A stretch of DNA of 58,897 nucleotides, filler included, from Dimargaris cristalligena (taxonomy: Eukaryota), in assembly GCA_003614675.1 (NCBI GenBank). It is 8 parts of 8 records of this genome, joined end to end, with 100 filler letters (N's around TTAATTAATTAA, not from the genome) between each part and the next. Parts side by side here need not be neighbours in the genome. Positions count along the whole stretch, not along the records: positions 1 to 7,296 come from ML003431.1; positions 7,397 to 14,689 come from ML003432.1; 6 more parts are not named here. One strand, 5' to 3'. The notes below the pieces were generated by a model. The model was not told the origin of the DNA. It ran no database searches and saw only the letters and a list, made by a program, of their open reading frames with translations. Made by a program: the position numbers and the translations under genes. Below are positions 1 through 12,339 of the stretch, piece by piece. Each line of letters starts with the position of its first letter. Within the stretch, counting starts at the first letter, position 1.

Positions 1-72
1 GGCGTACTTCCAATAAGTGCGAAAAATAGATAAAAAATAAAAGTAGGTAAAAAATATGGTAAGTTCACCACA
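1..72 (-). mobile_element. 5' end of LTR-like family B (TGTGGTGAAC...), cut by contig start
   Basis: Reverse complement starts TGTGGTGAACTTACC. It matches 7228-7296 with one mismatch and 1416-1487 with a few transitions. Confidence 0.75.
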
Positions 73-615
73 AAGTGTACCTGATGCATGTCCCTTGCCT
101 ATACCTGCACTTGGCCTTTTATTATAATGGGCTAGAAATAAGACCAGGTACCACAGGATGGACAGGACTTCAAAGGATAGGAATGGGTTTATTAGACTAA
201 ATATCAGAATAAGATAAAACAAAAGAGAAGTTGCAAGCTAAAGAGCAAGCTGTGGGGGAACAGTTGGGGTTATATCCAAACTCAAGGGGCAGGGGAAGAA
301 TAATGACAAATAATAAATACAAATTAGTAACTAGATAATAAGGGGATTATAACAATATGAATAAAATACAGTAGGACAATGGGTATATATTTCTATAATG
401 TTAAGTGTTAATTTACCCATTTGTTGGTATGGGTTTTTGCTTATATGGCTGGTTATTCTTTTAGTTTGAATTAACCAGTCATGACACCTTTATTGGTTAG
501 TACTATGCCTATACCTAACACCAGCAGCCTGCTTGGCCAAGTCTAAGCCCCATCTACTGTTAGAAGCCTATCCTCAGGACTCTTGATGGACTAAGAGTAG
601 TTAACCTGGGTGATA
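73..615 (+). mobile_element. 3' part of LTR-like family C, interrupted by a family A copy at 122-486
   Basis: 73-121 aligns with about 15101-15150. 487-615 aligns with 15143-15272 and 9533-9648, ending ...GAGTAGTTAACCTGGGTGATA. Confidence 0.7.
122..486 (-). mobile_element. Partial LTR-like family A (5' TGTCATGAC...)
   Basis: Reverse complement aligns along its length with about 1670-2035 and starts with the TG terminus TGTCATGACTGG. Confidence 0.75.
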
Positions 616-1173
616 ATTATTTTATTATTATTAAATTTACAACTGATCTATGCATCATGTATTACCCTTATGCCCAATCCTCTTATATCCTAGTATGCAT
701 AGCACTTGGAATTTCTATACTATTTAACTTTGCATATAAAAGACATTGGAATCCTATAAAGGAGGAATCAACAGATATCTACTCACCAAAGTATTATCTT
801 ATATTTTTCTAAGTACATCAGTGATTGTATTTTATTTATTCCCCATAGGTCTGTCCACCATCTACCATGGGTTCTGGTACCTCTAAAACTAGCTAGTCTG
901 TGTTCTTGAGTATCCCCAAAGTTGACAAGTTAGCCCCTCTACTGTGGCATTAAAGCAGCTTTAAAAGGAGAATAAGGCCATTTTCAGGTCAGTGAGCCTA
1001 CAACAGTATAGGTGGAGTCACCCAACCCTACTGATACCTCAAGAAATACTAATAAGATAGCTACTCTATCACAACTATGATCAGCAATACTATATATTAC
1101 TAGCAATAAGAATAAGTAGGAACTAGCAATGGGTTTCTTCCCTAATACAAGATTCTTAGAGAGAGATGCTGAA

Positions 1174-1415
1174 TGGGTTAACCATTCTTAATCTATCAAG
1201 AGACCCAGAGGTAGGCTTCTAGTGGCAGGGGTGGCTTAGGCTTAGTAAAGTAGGTACTGACATTAGGTATAGGTTAGGTGGTATAATCTAATAAAGACTA
1301 GATGTAATATATATACAAGGGATATGCAGGAGGTACACTTATTAGTTAGTATAAAAGGGTGGGTATACATAAGAGTTTATTAAGGTAAACTAGGGTTAAG
1401 AATAAGCAGAGGTCC
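1174..1415 (-). mobile_element. LTR-like family C fragment, reverse orientation (appears to resume at about 2286-2330)
   Basis: GGGTTAACCATTCTTAATCTATCAAGAG...AGAATAAGC aligns with about 8298-8530. 2286-2330 (CATAGGAAAGCTAATATAGT) matches about 8788-8810. Confidence 0.65.
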
Positions 1416-1669
1416 TGTGGTGAACTTACCATATTTTTACCCACTTTTATTTTTTATCTATTTTTCACACTTATCAGAAGTACACCCCTGATGAGTGAAT
1501 GAGCCCCTGCCCCTGACCAGAATGTACCCCCTACATTTACACTGCCCCTGACCTAACTACACCCCTATTCAAAGTACAGTTAAAAATAGATTTATCCCTT
1601 TCCCTTTTCCTTCTATTATTTCATATTGAATTTATTGGTTACTTGAGTATTACCTATCCTTTGTGATAA
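1416..1669 (+). mobile_element. LTR-like family B copy, older; 3' extent uncertain
   Basis: 1416-1487 matches the family B termini at both ends of contig 1. The rest is assigned only by position, up to the family A start. Confidence 0.55.
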
Positions 1670-2285
1670 TGTCATGACCGGTAAATTTGAACTATATAAA
1701 TAACCCACCATATAAGTAAAAAAACCCATATCAACAAATGGGTAAAATTAATATCCAACATTACCAAGATATATACCCATCACCCTACTATGTTTTATTT
1801 CCCAGTGTTTATTCCTCATATTATCTAGTTACTGATTTGTATCTATTAGTTATTATCATTCTTCCCCTGCCCCTTGGGTTGGGATATAACCCCAACCATT
1901 TTCCCTTAGCTTGCTCTTCAGCTTGCAACTCCTCTTTGTTTTCCTTTTCTGATATCTAGTTTAATAAATCCTAATTCCATCCTTCAAAGTCTCGCCTGTC
2001 TTATGGTACCTGGCCTCATCTTTAGCTCATCATAACAGATAACTAATATTATTATCTGGGAACTCCCCTCCCTTTCCCTCTACTTAGTCATCCAATGTTC
2101 TGGGACCGTTTCTCCCTTTCTCTATTATTCATCTATCTTTTCATTTAGACTTCCCCTTTTGAGTATAAATACTCCCCTTTGCTGCTACCTCTTGGAATAA
2201 CAAGTCTATCATCACCTTTCCCTTCTTATTATCTATTTTTTCTAATAAAGTTCAGTTTTCAAGTATTTAATTTCAGTTCTTTACA
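1670..2285 (+). mobile_element. Probable full-length LTR, family A (about 616 bp)
   Basis: Starts TGTCATGAC and ends ...TTTACA. TATAAATA near 2164 is followed by AATAAA near 2244, the usual U3-R-U5 order. Other copies at 122-486 and 7397-7490. No clear TSD. Confidence 0.65.
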
Positions 2286-2611
2286 GTGGCCATAGGAAAG
2301 CTAATATAGTATAATAATACCTATTATAGTTATGAGCCTAACTGGGCCAGATTAAGGTTGGTTAGTTAGGGTAATAGTATCATATCATTTTGGTAAATCA
2401 GAGAGGTGCGCTTCTGTTATAATTGCCTGCTATAAGCTCTCTTTTGATTAAGCCATTTGGTGAACATGAGTATAGTAAATTATTAGTAGGTGTAGGCTAG
2501 GTATAGCTTTGATATATAGCCAGTAGCTAGATAAGTGTATAGTGAGATATTTAATTAGTTGACAAAATCCTAAATAAGGATAGTTAAGTGAATAGAATAA
2601 ATATATAATAG

Positions 2612-2757
2612 GATATGGGTAAAATTTAACCCAGCTCTATAAGGTTTTAAATGATGTGTGTATAGGAAAATTTATAAGAGATACATTTTTAACCAGTAAT
2701 TTTTACCTCATCTAATGGATTTTTTGTTATACAGCCTGATTAAACCTCTCCCATATA
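2612..2757. repeat. Degenerate duplicate of 4387-4533 (relic of an unidentified gene or repeat)
   Basis: GATATGGGTAAAATTTAAC...TATAAGGTTTTAAATGATGTGTGTATAGGAAAAT...AATGGATTTTTTGTTATACAGCC aligns with GATATGGGTGAAGTTCAAC...TATAAGGTTTTAACCGATATGTGTATGGGAAAAT...AATGGATTCTTTGTTATACAACC. Confidence 0.6.
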
Positions 2758-5520
2758 TATTTTATATATGGCTCCAATATTTGTCACTCTAGTTAATACA
2801 TATCAATATTTTGGATGGGAAAGAGAGAGTGTAATATTTAGCATTTCATGCCTTTGCTAATGTTAATTATGACAATTAAGGGTAAGGAAGTGTAATATTG
2901 GTATATCTTAATCTACCTGGAGAGGAAAGTATTGGAGGCAAGGAACCTCTACTATATAGAATTGTGAGCCAGTTGCACCCCTTCTAGGTCTCCAACTGAC
3001 TTAGTTTCAATTTCCATTTGGATACAATATTTGGGTGCTATGGAGTCACACATCTGAGATTAGGAAATTTACAATGTGGAGCACAGTGAGAATAATGAGT
3101 GTCTCACATGCATTTTATCAATTGTATATTACCCAACTGTCCTTGTCCTTGGGGCTGACTTCTAAAAACCATTACAATACCATAGTCAAAAATAACATAT
3201 TAATGTAATATTTCTTTGTGTACCTGACAGTAGCTTTCCTTTCAAGGCATTTAACATAATATTACATCACTATCACAGTGATTCATCTCTCTAATGCTGA
3301 ATCAGTGTCCATATAGACAGGCTTCCTATGAATACAGCACCAAAGGGCATCTCAATAAGTAGATAGTAACTAGGATAAGTGTATGGGATTTATTTGGCTA
3401 AGCTAGATTAATGTAGGCTGAGGAGTAGACCAATCATGACCCGGTAGGATATTGATTCATGGGGACAGTACTGAAGAGCCAGCATAGGGATAGTAAGCAG
3501 CAACATTGGTGGATATCAGTTGGTATCTGGAATATTCCTCGGATCCATGATGAAGTATAGAGGTGAAATCAACCTGTTTCGGCTTTTCTGATTTTAGACT
3601 ATTGCAGTACAAAGTGTTACCATGGAAAAGATGAAACACCATGATAAAGACCTATATAGGACAACTGTGCTGAATCAGTAATTTGGTAATGGGGTGTACC
3701 CAAGTATAAATATATGTATTAAAAAAAACATTAGAATTTAATTATTAGTCATTGCCAAACCTATCCGCTTGGATTCAAGTAACATAGATTTATCAATAGT
3801 ATCCTCAGGACGCTCATACTTACCAAGCCAGCCAATATATGTATTATATTGATAACTAGAGCACTTATACAAATCTGCTAATAATATACAGGTCCTCTTG
3901 GCCAATATTACACGGCAATTTTTGAAAGCTACACTTTATTCCTTTAGTTCAATGGCACCACTGTAGTCCCAAACCTTGGATTACGTGCTGGCTCAACAGG
4001 ATTTTTGATCAATTGGCTCCAATTAAAAACTAAATAGACCCCAGTCCTTTTGTTGAAATGTGTATAATGCGACAATAGTTCTGACCAATATGGGCCCACC
4101 AAGGTTTATGAAGATTGTATTAAAAGCACCACTCAAACTCGACATATTTCTTTAGTATTACAATTAGTCACCCACAGCGGTAAGGAGTCGATTGTACCAT
4201 GGCGAATTTCAGCTGGTATACCTTGAAATTGGGGTTTTGCGCCCTCGTGTGATTAAATGGGGTAGACCTTACTATCGGAGTCCCTTGATCGAAAGCCAAC
4301 TCACCATAGTTGCCGATTAAACCAGGCATATGACCGCTCTGTCACCAGTGTGGGTAAAATTTGGCCCAGCTGTAAAAGTTTTGATTGATATGGGTGAAGT
4401 TCAACTTGGTTGTATAAGGTTTTAACCGATATGTGTATGGGAAAATCGGTGGGATGTTTCTTTTCAACCAGTAGTACTTGCCTCATCAAATGGATTCTTT
4501 GTTATACAACCTTGTTGAACAACTCCCATATGGAAATGGGTGTATAGACAGGTGATGCATTATTAACCTTCGATATCTGCCTCACCCAATAGATTTTTTG
4601 TAATATGGTCTGACCGAATCTCTTCCGTGTGCTCCTTACCCTGCGGGTCGAGTAAGAGTAGTTATGGTTCAACGATTGGCCCAAGAGTCCAGCTGATAGT
4701 CGCGCTCACCGACAATCTTAAAGGCAGTCCTTTTTTGATCATCGCAGTCTTAACTGACCGATTTTTTTATTATTTTAGTGAATAATGGGCGCCATGGGAC
4801 CAAGCAATGTCCCCATACTTTATCCTGTAGAGAATGGATTGTACAACACACCCTTCCTTCAACTGGCGCCACATCATTTTGCGAGAATCAGTGTATCCAG
4901 GAATAGGTTACTATTGATGGACCTAGGCAAATCGTGGACTATCTCGAGGTTCCGCCGACTGGGTCGACCGGGCTCATTTAGTCAGCTACACCGTGGGCAC
5001 CAATGTGTAATGCATTTTCAATATCATACCAACCCACTTAAACCTGTATTCGAAGACAATATCAAATAGCGTATTGCGTTAATCATGATTCTCGGGGTTA
5101 ATCATTTATCATTCAGTCCGCTCAACCGCTACTCCCGGTGTTAGTGGCATTCGAGAAAATCACAGCGTTTGGCTGGTGAGGGGAATTAATCGGACCCCTC
5201 TAGTCTAACCTAAATAAGGGGGATAATTAAATGTACAGCTGATTTGGGCCAAGGGATGGGGGGAGGAATGAACTTCGGCCTCCAATATTTAAATACCACT
5301 TTTGCACCACCTGGTCTCTCCAACACCACCTCCACTCACCTTAGTTATTATATTATATTGGACTGTCACACATGCCTTTTTAGCCTTTTGCGAACTCTCC
5401 AGTATTTATATAATACGATCCGTTTTTAACAGCGGCCTACCTGGAACTTCCGCTTAGTGTTCTACAAGCTACCCCGTTTTTTAATTTAACCTTTCCCTCC
5501 TCTACCAACACGTTCCCCCT

Positions 5521-5844
5521 ATGAAGGTCACTGGCGTATACTCCATGGCTCTTTTCGTTGCCACAGCTTTCCTCTTTGTAGCTCCCCCGGAGACAGCCGC
5601 CTCGGTTCCCGTTGAAGCCGAACTGCCTCCTTCAGTATCTAAACGGGATACAGTATTGCCACTCGGGGCACCCACCTTGCTAGCCCGTCGCTACCGCTCT
5701 TTTTCCTCCCGATCTGTTCGTGATTGGGGTGCCCGTTCGGTTGTCCAACAGCGATTCCAAAAGCGAGATACACGTCTTCTCAAATTTGTACCCACCGTAC
5801 TTTTTAATCGCTTTAGAGGTACAGGTGGCCGTTCAACCTTCTAA
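5521..5844 (+). CDS. Small secreted protein, 107 aa; Kex2-processed repeat-type peptide precursor
   Basis: ATG start, hydrophobic signal peptide (MKVTGVYSMALFVATAFLFVA), two KR-DT sites exactly 40 aa apart heading alignable units, and one internal RR. Confidence 0.65.
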   Translation: MKVTGVYSMALFVATAFLFVAPPETAASVPVEAELPPSVSKRDTVLPLGAPTLLARRYRSFSSRSVRDWGARSVVQQRFQKRDTRLLKFVPTVLFNRFRGTGGRSTF

Positions 5845-7227
5845 AGAACGAAATTTGGAAGTATTCCCTCGAGCCCCTGCAATGTACTCGATCCCCTCTT
5901 CTCCTTGAAATAGCCGTTTACAAGTGGTAATAGCCACGCTTTAATGATTTTGCTGGACTGCATCTCGCCACGAGTACCATTTACTATATCGGGTATTTCG
6001 AGTGATCCTATTGGTCGAAACTACACTCAATAAATACCACTGCGATGAGCTTAATTCTCATCTTGCGGTTCTTTCCTACTTCTATCTATCTTAAAATAAA
6101 CTTTATCTTTGGTCTATCTTGGATTATCATTGAGAGAATCTGCGGTTACACCAACAGATTTAATATCTACTCATTATCATATTAGTATCCAATCTCCACC
6201 TATTATTTGTCTTTGGTTTCACATAATTACCATTAATAAACAGGGGGTATTTGCAATCCCTTTATCTAGAGGCTTATGCTAGAGTTACGTATCTATCCTG
6301 TTGTCTAGTTAATAGGCCAAATCAATGACCCCCGAATAATAATATTTACAACTTGTGTAGAAATCCCAATTAGTGAACACATTTTGTAACTATAGTACCG
6401 AATTTCAGTACACTTCGAATGGTATAATTTAATAACATATTGTCGCCGGCCATTTACGATAATTGATTACAAATATATGGACCAGTTCACTCGAGCAGCT
6501 CCATCTGGATCAAAATATTAGCAGTTGTTTATTTATTTTTTGTTAAGGATTAAAAGAAGGGGGGAACGCTGAGCGAATCAGCCTCATTGGTTTAACGAAT
6601 GAATCCACCATGGGCTGCACCCCCCAACTACATAACTATAGCATGACGATGTCCTGGGTTGACGAAAACATAGCGTCTCTAAGAGACCCAAGCTCTAAAA
6701 CCCATATTACTATCTCTGACAACCGCTATGAAAATAGAGGACGGGCTTGCCAGCCCAGGCCACCTATTTATATGTGATACTTGACTCCAGGGTCTCCCAA
6801 GACTTTCCTTAGAATGCAGGCGACTGGAGAGTCAGAATAAATACTGCTCTCCTACAAGTGGTACTCCAATAGTGGTTATTCTCAGTGCCCCCGACATCAA
6901 TAAGTAGTGGTAAACCAGATGGAAGAATTACTTGACATTTAGTAATGGGTGATGGAAAGGGAGGGCATCAAATGGTGGTTTTTATAGGATAAATTCTACA
7001 GGAAATGGAGATGTGCACATAAGTGTGGGTTGGTGATGAAACAAAAAATAACAAAGAAGCTACAAGATATATTGAATAAGCCAGCCAGCCCTAATATCCC
7101 CACTTGATTATTTTTTTAGAACCTAATGTAGGTGAAATCCAGAACAACTGTATAGAACCCCAGCAATTGGTGTTTTTTGATCCAGTTCATCTCACCATAC
7201 CCAACAGTTGTCTTGGTATATGACTAG

Positions 7228-7296
7228 TGTGGTGAACTTACCACATTTTTTACCTACTTTTATTTTTTATCTATTTTTCGCACTTATTGGAAGTAC
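7228..7296 (+). mobile_element. 5' end of LTR-like family B, cut by contig end
   Basis: Near-identical to the reverse complement of 4-72. Confidence 0.75.
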
Positions 7297-7396
7297 NNNN
7301 NNNNNNNNNNNNNNNNNNNNNNNNNNNNNNNNNNNNNNNNTTAATTAATTAANNNNNNNNNNNNNNNNNNNNNNNNNNNNNNNNNNNNNNNNNNNN
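7297..7396. other. Artificial contig-join spacer
   Basis: 44 N + TTAATTAATTAA (stops in all six frames) + 44 N. Confidence 0.98.
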
Positions 7397-7490
7397 ATAA
7401 TGTTAAATATTAATTTTACCCATTTATTGGTATGGGTTTTTTACTTATATGGCTGGTTATTCTTGTAGTTCGAATTAACCAGTCATGACA
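7397..7490 (-). mobile_element. 5' end of LTR-like family A
   Basis: Matches about 396-486 and ends ...AACCAGTCATGACA. Confidence 0.75.
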
Positions 7491-8130
7491 TGGGGGGAGG
7501 TTACTACTAAGACTAGGGTAAGGTAAAATAGGCCAATTGGACAGCCATTAAGGACCTGGAAGACTCTAAAGGTAACCAGAAGAGTCTTTGGATTGTTAAG
7601 CAGTAAATTTTATGAGTGGACTATAGCTATGGTGGTTTAAATAACATAGATTTATTATATGGATAAAGTAAATAAGTGGTAATGAAGATACTGGTGATTG
7701 GATAATTAATAAGTGAGTGGGGTTGATAGTTATCTAAGGAGCTCTGCCTTAGCAGACTATTCCTTCCTTTTTATATTGGAGAATATACATAGGCCAAGTC
7801 AGGATATTGTGGTCACAGTAATGTCAGGTTCTCCTCTAGGGGGGGTCATTCCTAAATGGAGGGGGTTCCACCCTAGCTGTATGTGTGTCACCTTGTTCTC
7901 CTTAGTCCATTGCCAGTGCCATAGTCAGTTTGGCATTGATAGGATCAACACCTGAGTAATTGGTGTGAAGAGGCAGAGTCTGGAAGGGGAATAATTATAT
8001 GGTATAGGGTGATCCCATAGTACTGGGTGTAGTCATAGGAAGGTTAATATGGTGCCATAAGGCCTAATAGGGGTAGATACAAATATGTCTAGATTAAGGT
8101 AGATTAGATGGTCCAACAAAGTTCTTAATA
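7491..8130 (-). mobile_element. LTR-like family C fragment with an insertion at about 7610-7965
   Basis: 7491-7610 aligns with about 8600-8705, and 7965-8130 aligns with about 8718-8874. Confidence 0.55.
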
Positions 8131-8289
8131 CATTAGGAAATTACTAAGGAAAGGGGTTGTGGCTTACAGCTAGACATAGGTTACTGTAGACCTCTGCTGC
8201 AGTAAGGGTTCTAGATGTTACTAAGAGTAGTATATAAAATTATTATAAAATTTTCTCCTTATTTCCCTATATAGTAATTTATTGCCATC

Positions 8290-8874
8290 TATCACTCAGG
8301 TTAACTACTCTAAGTCCATCAAGAGTCCTGATGATAGGCTTCTAGTAGTAGGTAGGGCTTAGGTTCAGCTAAGTGGGCTACTAGTATCAGGTATGTGATA
8401 TGAGTAATAACTAATATAGGCTAAGTATACTAATATATAAGGGATATATAGTAGGCATATTTTCTAGTCAGTACAGGGGGAGTAAGCATATATAGAGTAT
8501 ATTGGAGTAAACTAAGGGGTAAGAATAAGCTAATGAATCTAACTAATCCCAGTGGGGCCTAGTAATATATATGTAAGGACAACACTAGAGTAAGGTCCTA
8601 AGGGAAGAATACTACTAAGATTATAGAATAGATAATTAGACTAACCAGATGGCTGTAGGTGTCTAGAAGATTTTGAGGGTAACTGAAAGAGTCTTTGGAT
8701 CAGTACTTAAGTGATTACTGTAAAGGGGCAGAGCCCAGAAGGGGAAGGGTTAAATAATATAGGATAATTCCTTAGTACTGGGGGTAACCATAGGAAAGCT
8801 AATATAGTACTATAAGACCTCATGGGGGTGGATACTAAGGTGTCTAGATTAAGGAGGATTAGATAGTCTGATAA
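8290..8874 (-). mobile_element. LTR-like family C copy
   Basis: Reverse complement aligns with 9077-9648 over the whole length. Confidence 0.7.
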
Positions 8875-9076
8875 CTAGCTGAAATAATTTACTAGATTCC
8901 AATTTCTGATATATTTAAGTTCCTCTAGGGATAACTAGTGATTAGAAATAGGTATTTGGCCCCTGTTATTTAATGGGGTATGGAAATCCTAAAATAATCA
9001 TTAGTGCATTATCTTTTGGCCTATTACTAATATATAATAATCCCCAGTAGGACATTTCCTATAATAAAATATAGCC

Positions 9077-9648
9077 TTATTGGACTATCTAATCCTCCTT
9101 AATCTGGCCAACTTAGTGTCTGATTATATTAGGCCTTGTAGTACTATATTAAACTTCCCATAGTCACCCCTGGTACTATAGGATTATCCCTTATTATCTA
9201 ACCCTTCCCCTTCTGGACTCTACCTATTCACACTAATTACTCAAGTATTGATCCTAAGACTCTTCCAGCTCCCATCAGAGTCTTCCAGATACCTGGGGCC
9301 ATCTATTTGGCCCATTTATTTATACCTTAGACTTAGTAGTATCCACCCCTTAGGGCCTCACTCTGGAGTTATCCCTATATATATATAACTAGGCCCCATT
9401 GGGACTGGTTAGATTCCTTAGCTTATTCTTACCCCTTGGTTAACGCCAATAAACTCTATATACTCACTCTCCCTTATACTAACTAGTAAGTGTACCCACT
9501 ATATATAACCCTTGTATATAATCTTACTTATGCCTTTATTAGTTAGTACTATGCCCTTACCTAATGCTAGTGGCCTACTTAGCCAAGCCTACTGTTAGAA
9601 GCCTATATTCAAGACTCTTGACAGACTAAGAGTAGTTAACCTGGGTTA
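9077..9648 (+). mobile_element. LTR-like family C copy
   Basis: TATA-like run near 9376-9388, AATAAA near 9448, 3' end GTTAACCTGGGTTATA. Homologous to 14790-15272. Confidence 0.7.
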
Positions 9649-12339
9649 TAAAGAGTATTATATCCTATAGATTTAATATCACTAGTGAAAATTATATTGC
9701 AGAAAAAAGGCAAGGCTAAGATAGATATACATATACATATCATATAAGAATAGGTGGTACCCTCATAGCTAGTACTTGACCAGCTTCTGATACCCAAACT
9801 AAGCAGTGTATAATATAGAGCCATCAAAAGAAAATCTGGAATAGAGAGAATAAACACATAAATAGTGAGTCTGGCTGGTGGGCAAGTGCAGTTAAAGCAG
9901 CAATCTTGTGGTCACAGGGATGTTTAGTCTGTATTAATATACAATAGTTCTGTTATTATGTTGGGGCAGGGCATGGCTTCACCAGTCACCACCCCATTAA
10001 TCAGTAAGGCCCCGGCCATGCTCATAACCAATAACCCAATCACAAATGGTCAGATTAATGCACTGTAGTGTACATTGGACCCGAGGTTTTACTAATTTAC
10101 TACCTCTGGAATTGCCCCTGTTTCTTAGACTGCTAGTATACGGCACTTCCACAGCCAATCCTCATATTTACAATTAATAACATTCAATCATTCCACTATT
10201 TCTTCACCTAACTGCACCAGCAGCGGCACATGTGTGCAATTCAGAAGCCCTGTTACTCCATGACTGTATTTCCACCCCATCACCAGCCACCAGTAAAATA
10301 GATCACTGTCCTGAATTTCCTATAAGTTCGTATATATCAAGTACATTTGGTTGCATCTTCATTAATGAACTGACCCCATGCAATACCCCTCTAAAGGGGT
10401 GGCCGGATATACCCGATAATAAGGTAGTGTGCCGTTTATCCCCCAGTCCAGCCAGTTTGCTGTGGGTCTGAAAGTCTCAAAGGTGCACTGTCACCAGTGC
10501 TCTCTGTATCCCGATATTTATTACCTTCACAATCTACGTATGGGTAGGATAAACCTCATATTTAGTAGGGTAGAGATGCTATGGAATAATATGGCCAACG
10601 GGCGCAGCAATAGCCGAAGTGAAGGGTGGGGCGAGGGTGTCGGGTATTTTAACGTACAGTGGATGGGGCGGAACGGCAAAACGGCGTGGAATTAGGGGAG
10701 TAAGCCTGTTTGGGCTGTGCTTTGAAGCCCAGGTCTAGTAGGGGGCGGCAATTCGAAGATAAAAAGGCATCGTAAAAGTTTAGCCGCCTGGGCGATGATC
10801 TAGAAAATGGATCGGTATTCACCCTCGCCATGTAGGCTGGTCATTGGAAGTAAGTGTAATGGAGGTATGCGTTGGGAGTCGAAGAAAGGCGTTATATAAT
10901 CAAGACGAGGAAATCCAATCTATGGGCCATGGAAGACGCCGATCAGCCCAATGGGCCGCTCATTCTATACTCTCGGGTCATTTGCGTAGCCTATCCTCAT
11001 ACTCACAGTCGGTTGATCGATATCGATACGCGGTCGTACTTACACAAAGAAAAATTTAACTGTAAAGGTGGGCTAATAGACCAGCTTCTTACACGACACC
11101 CCCCTGTAGACGAGAAGGAATGCTCAGGAAATCGTAAAGCAAGGATCGTTGGAACAATCCAGTACCAACCGGCCGGTTGGCCCATTACTGTCTTTGTCTC
11201 TTAGGTCTAACGGGGCTGTGTGAAGGAGGGCAAACGGAGCAGCGGGGTTTCATAGTAATATTACTCTGTGAAATGAACACGGTGAGGTTATCCTGCACTC
11301 GTCGACGACTACTCGACTGTGATATACTAGTGTACTTCGCAACAGATGCCGGGTGGATTCCCAACAGTGGAGGCGATTCTGACGCTTTGTTCTCTAATAG
11401 ATTAAAGCAATAGCTGATTATTACCTACCGAGTAGAAAGAGTCGCCACGAAAGAAATTACATGTTGAATATTGGTGCAGAATAGACCAATATATCGGTAG
11501 CATATGTGTGCCGAGAGACGAAAAAGCAGCTGAGACAGGATAGCGGCAACGGAAATGATGTCCGTGAAACAGCAGCCCGGGAAATTGGCGCCCATCTCGA
11601 GCGTCTGGAGGGCAAGCTCCCAGGAGATATGCAATTGGTCTCAACCCACCGGAATCAAACATTGGCTCATTACTGGCAGCGGTGGCATCCTAGTATTCTG
11701 GAACGAGCGACGACTATTCAAACCCAACTTATAAATACCTACTCCGTGCTGCCCTTTCCCAGATATTCATCAGCTTCAAGCCCCTTTTATCTTTCCTTCA
11801 TCTGCATCGCCATTGCCATTTCCCCGGACATTTCCGCCTATTTTTCACCTTCTATTGGCTACTAAAGTCACGACCATTGTAACCCCCACCCTCCTTCTGA
11901 CCATTAAATCTAGCTAGCTCGACTAAGCCCAACGACCTCATTCACATTTTTTCTTTAGATATCCCGCGTGTTTATTATTTATAACCAGGTGACTAATTGT
12001 TAGCAGTTTTTTTGGTAATATTTAATTGAAATGCTCGTACATTGACCAGCTGTCCAGAAGATAGGCTACCGATATACACGTATATCACTCGTTTACGGAA
12101 GCATCCATCACTAATGGAAACGTTACCATGGATACTTTACTATTGTTCCGTACAACTTCCCATTCAAACCGATCCTATTAGGAATTGAACACTATAGCTC
12201 AAAGGAAGGCATGTGTCTTTATAAAGAGTATAAACAATATATACCGGCAAATATTGATAACTGATGTATAATATATATATATATATTTCCGGAAGGATGC
12301 GGTAACCATTGTAGGGCAGCAAAAAACAGTTTGTTCAAT

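Noticed and set aside
1-7296. Near-identical inverted ends of contig 1 as TIRs of a 7.3-kb transposon or linear element
   Set aside because: The TG termini face the contig interior and the repeats run off both edges. A third copy lies at 1416 and no transposase is present. The assembly simply broke at two young repeat copies.
10580-11865. Cluster of short ORFs, e.g. 10872-11204 and 11506-11865
   Set aside because: No recognisable domain, mostly non-ATG starts and no consistent frame. It may be a decayed gene but I cannot support a call.
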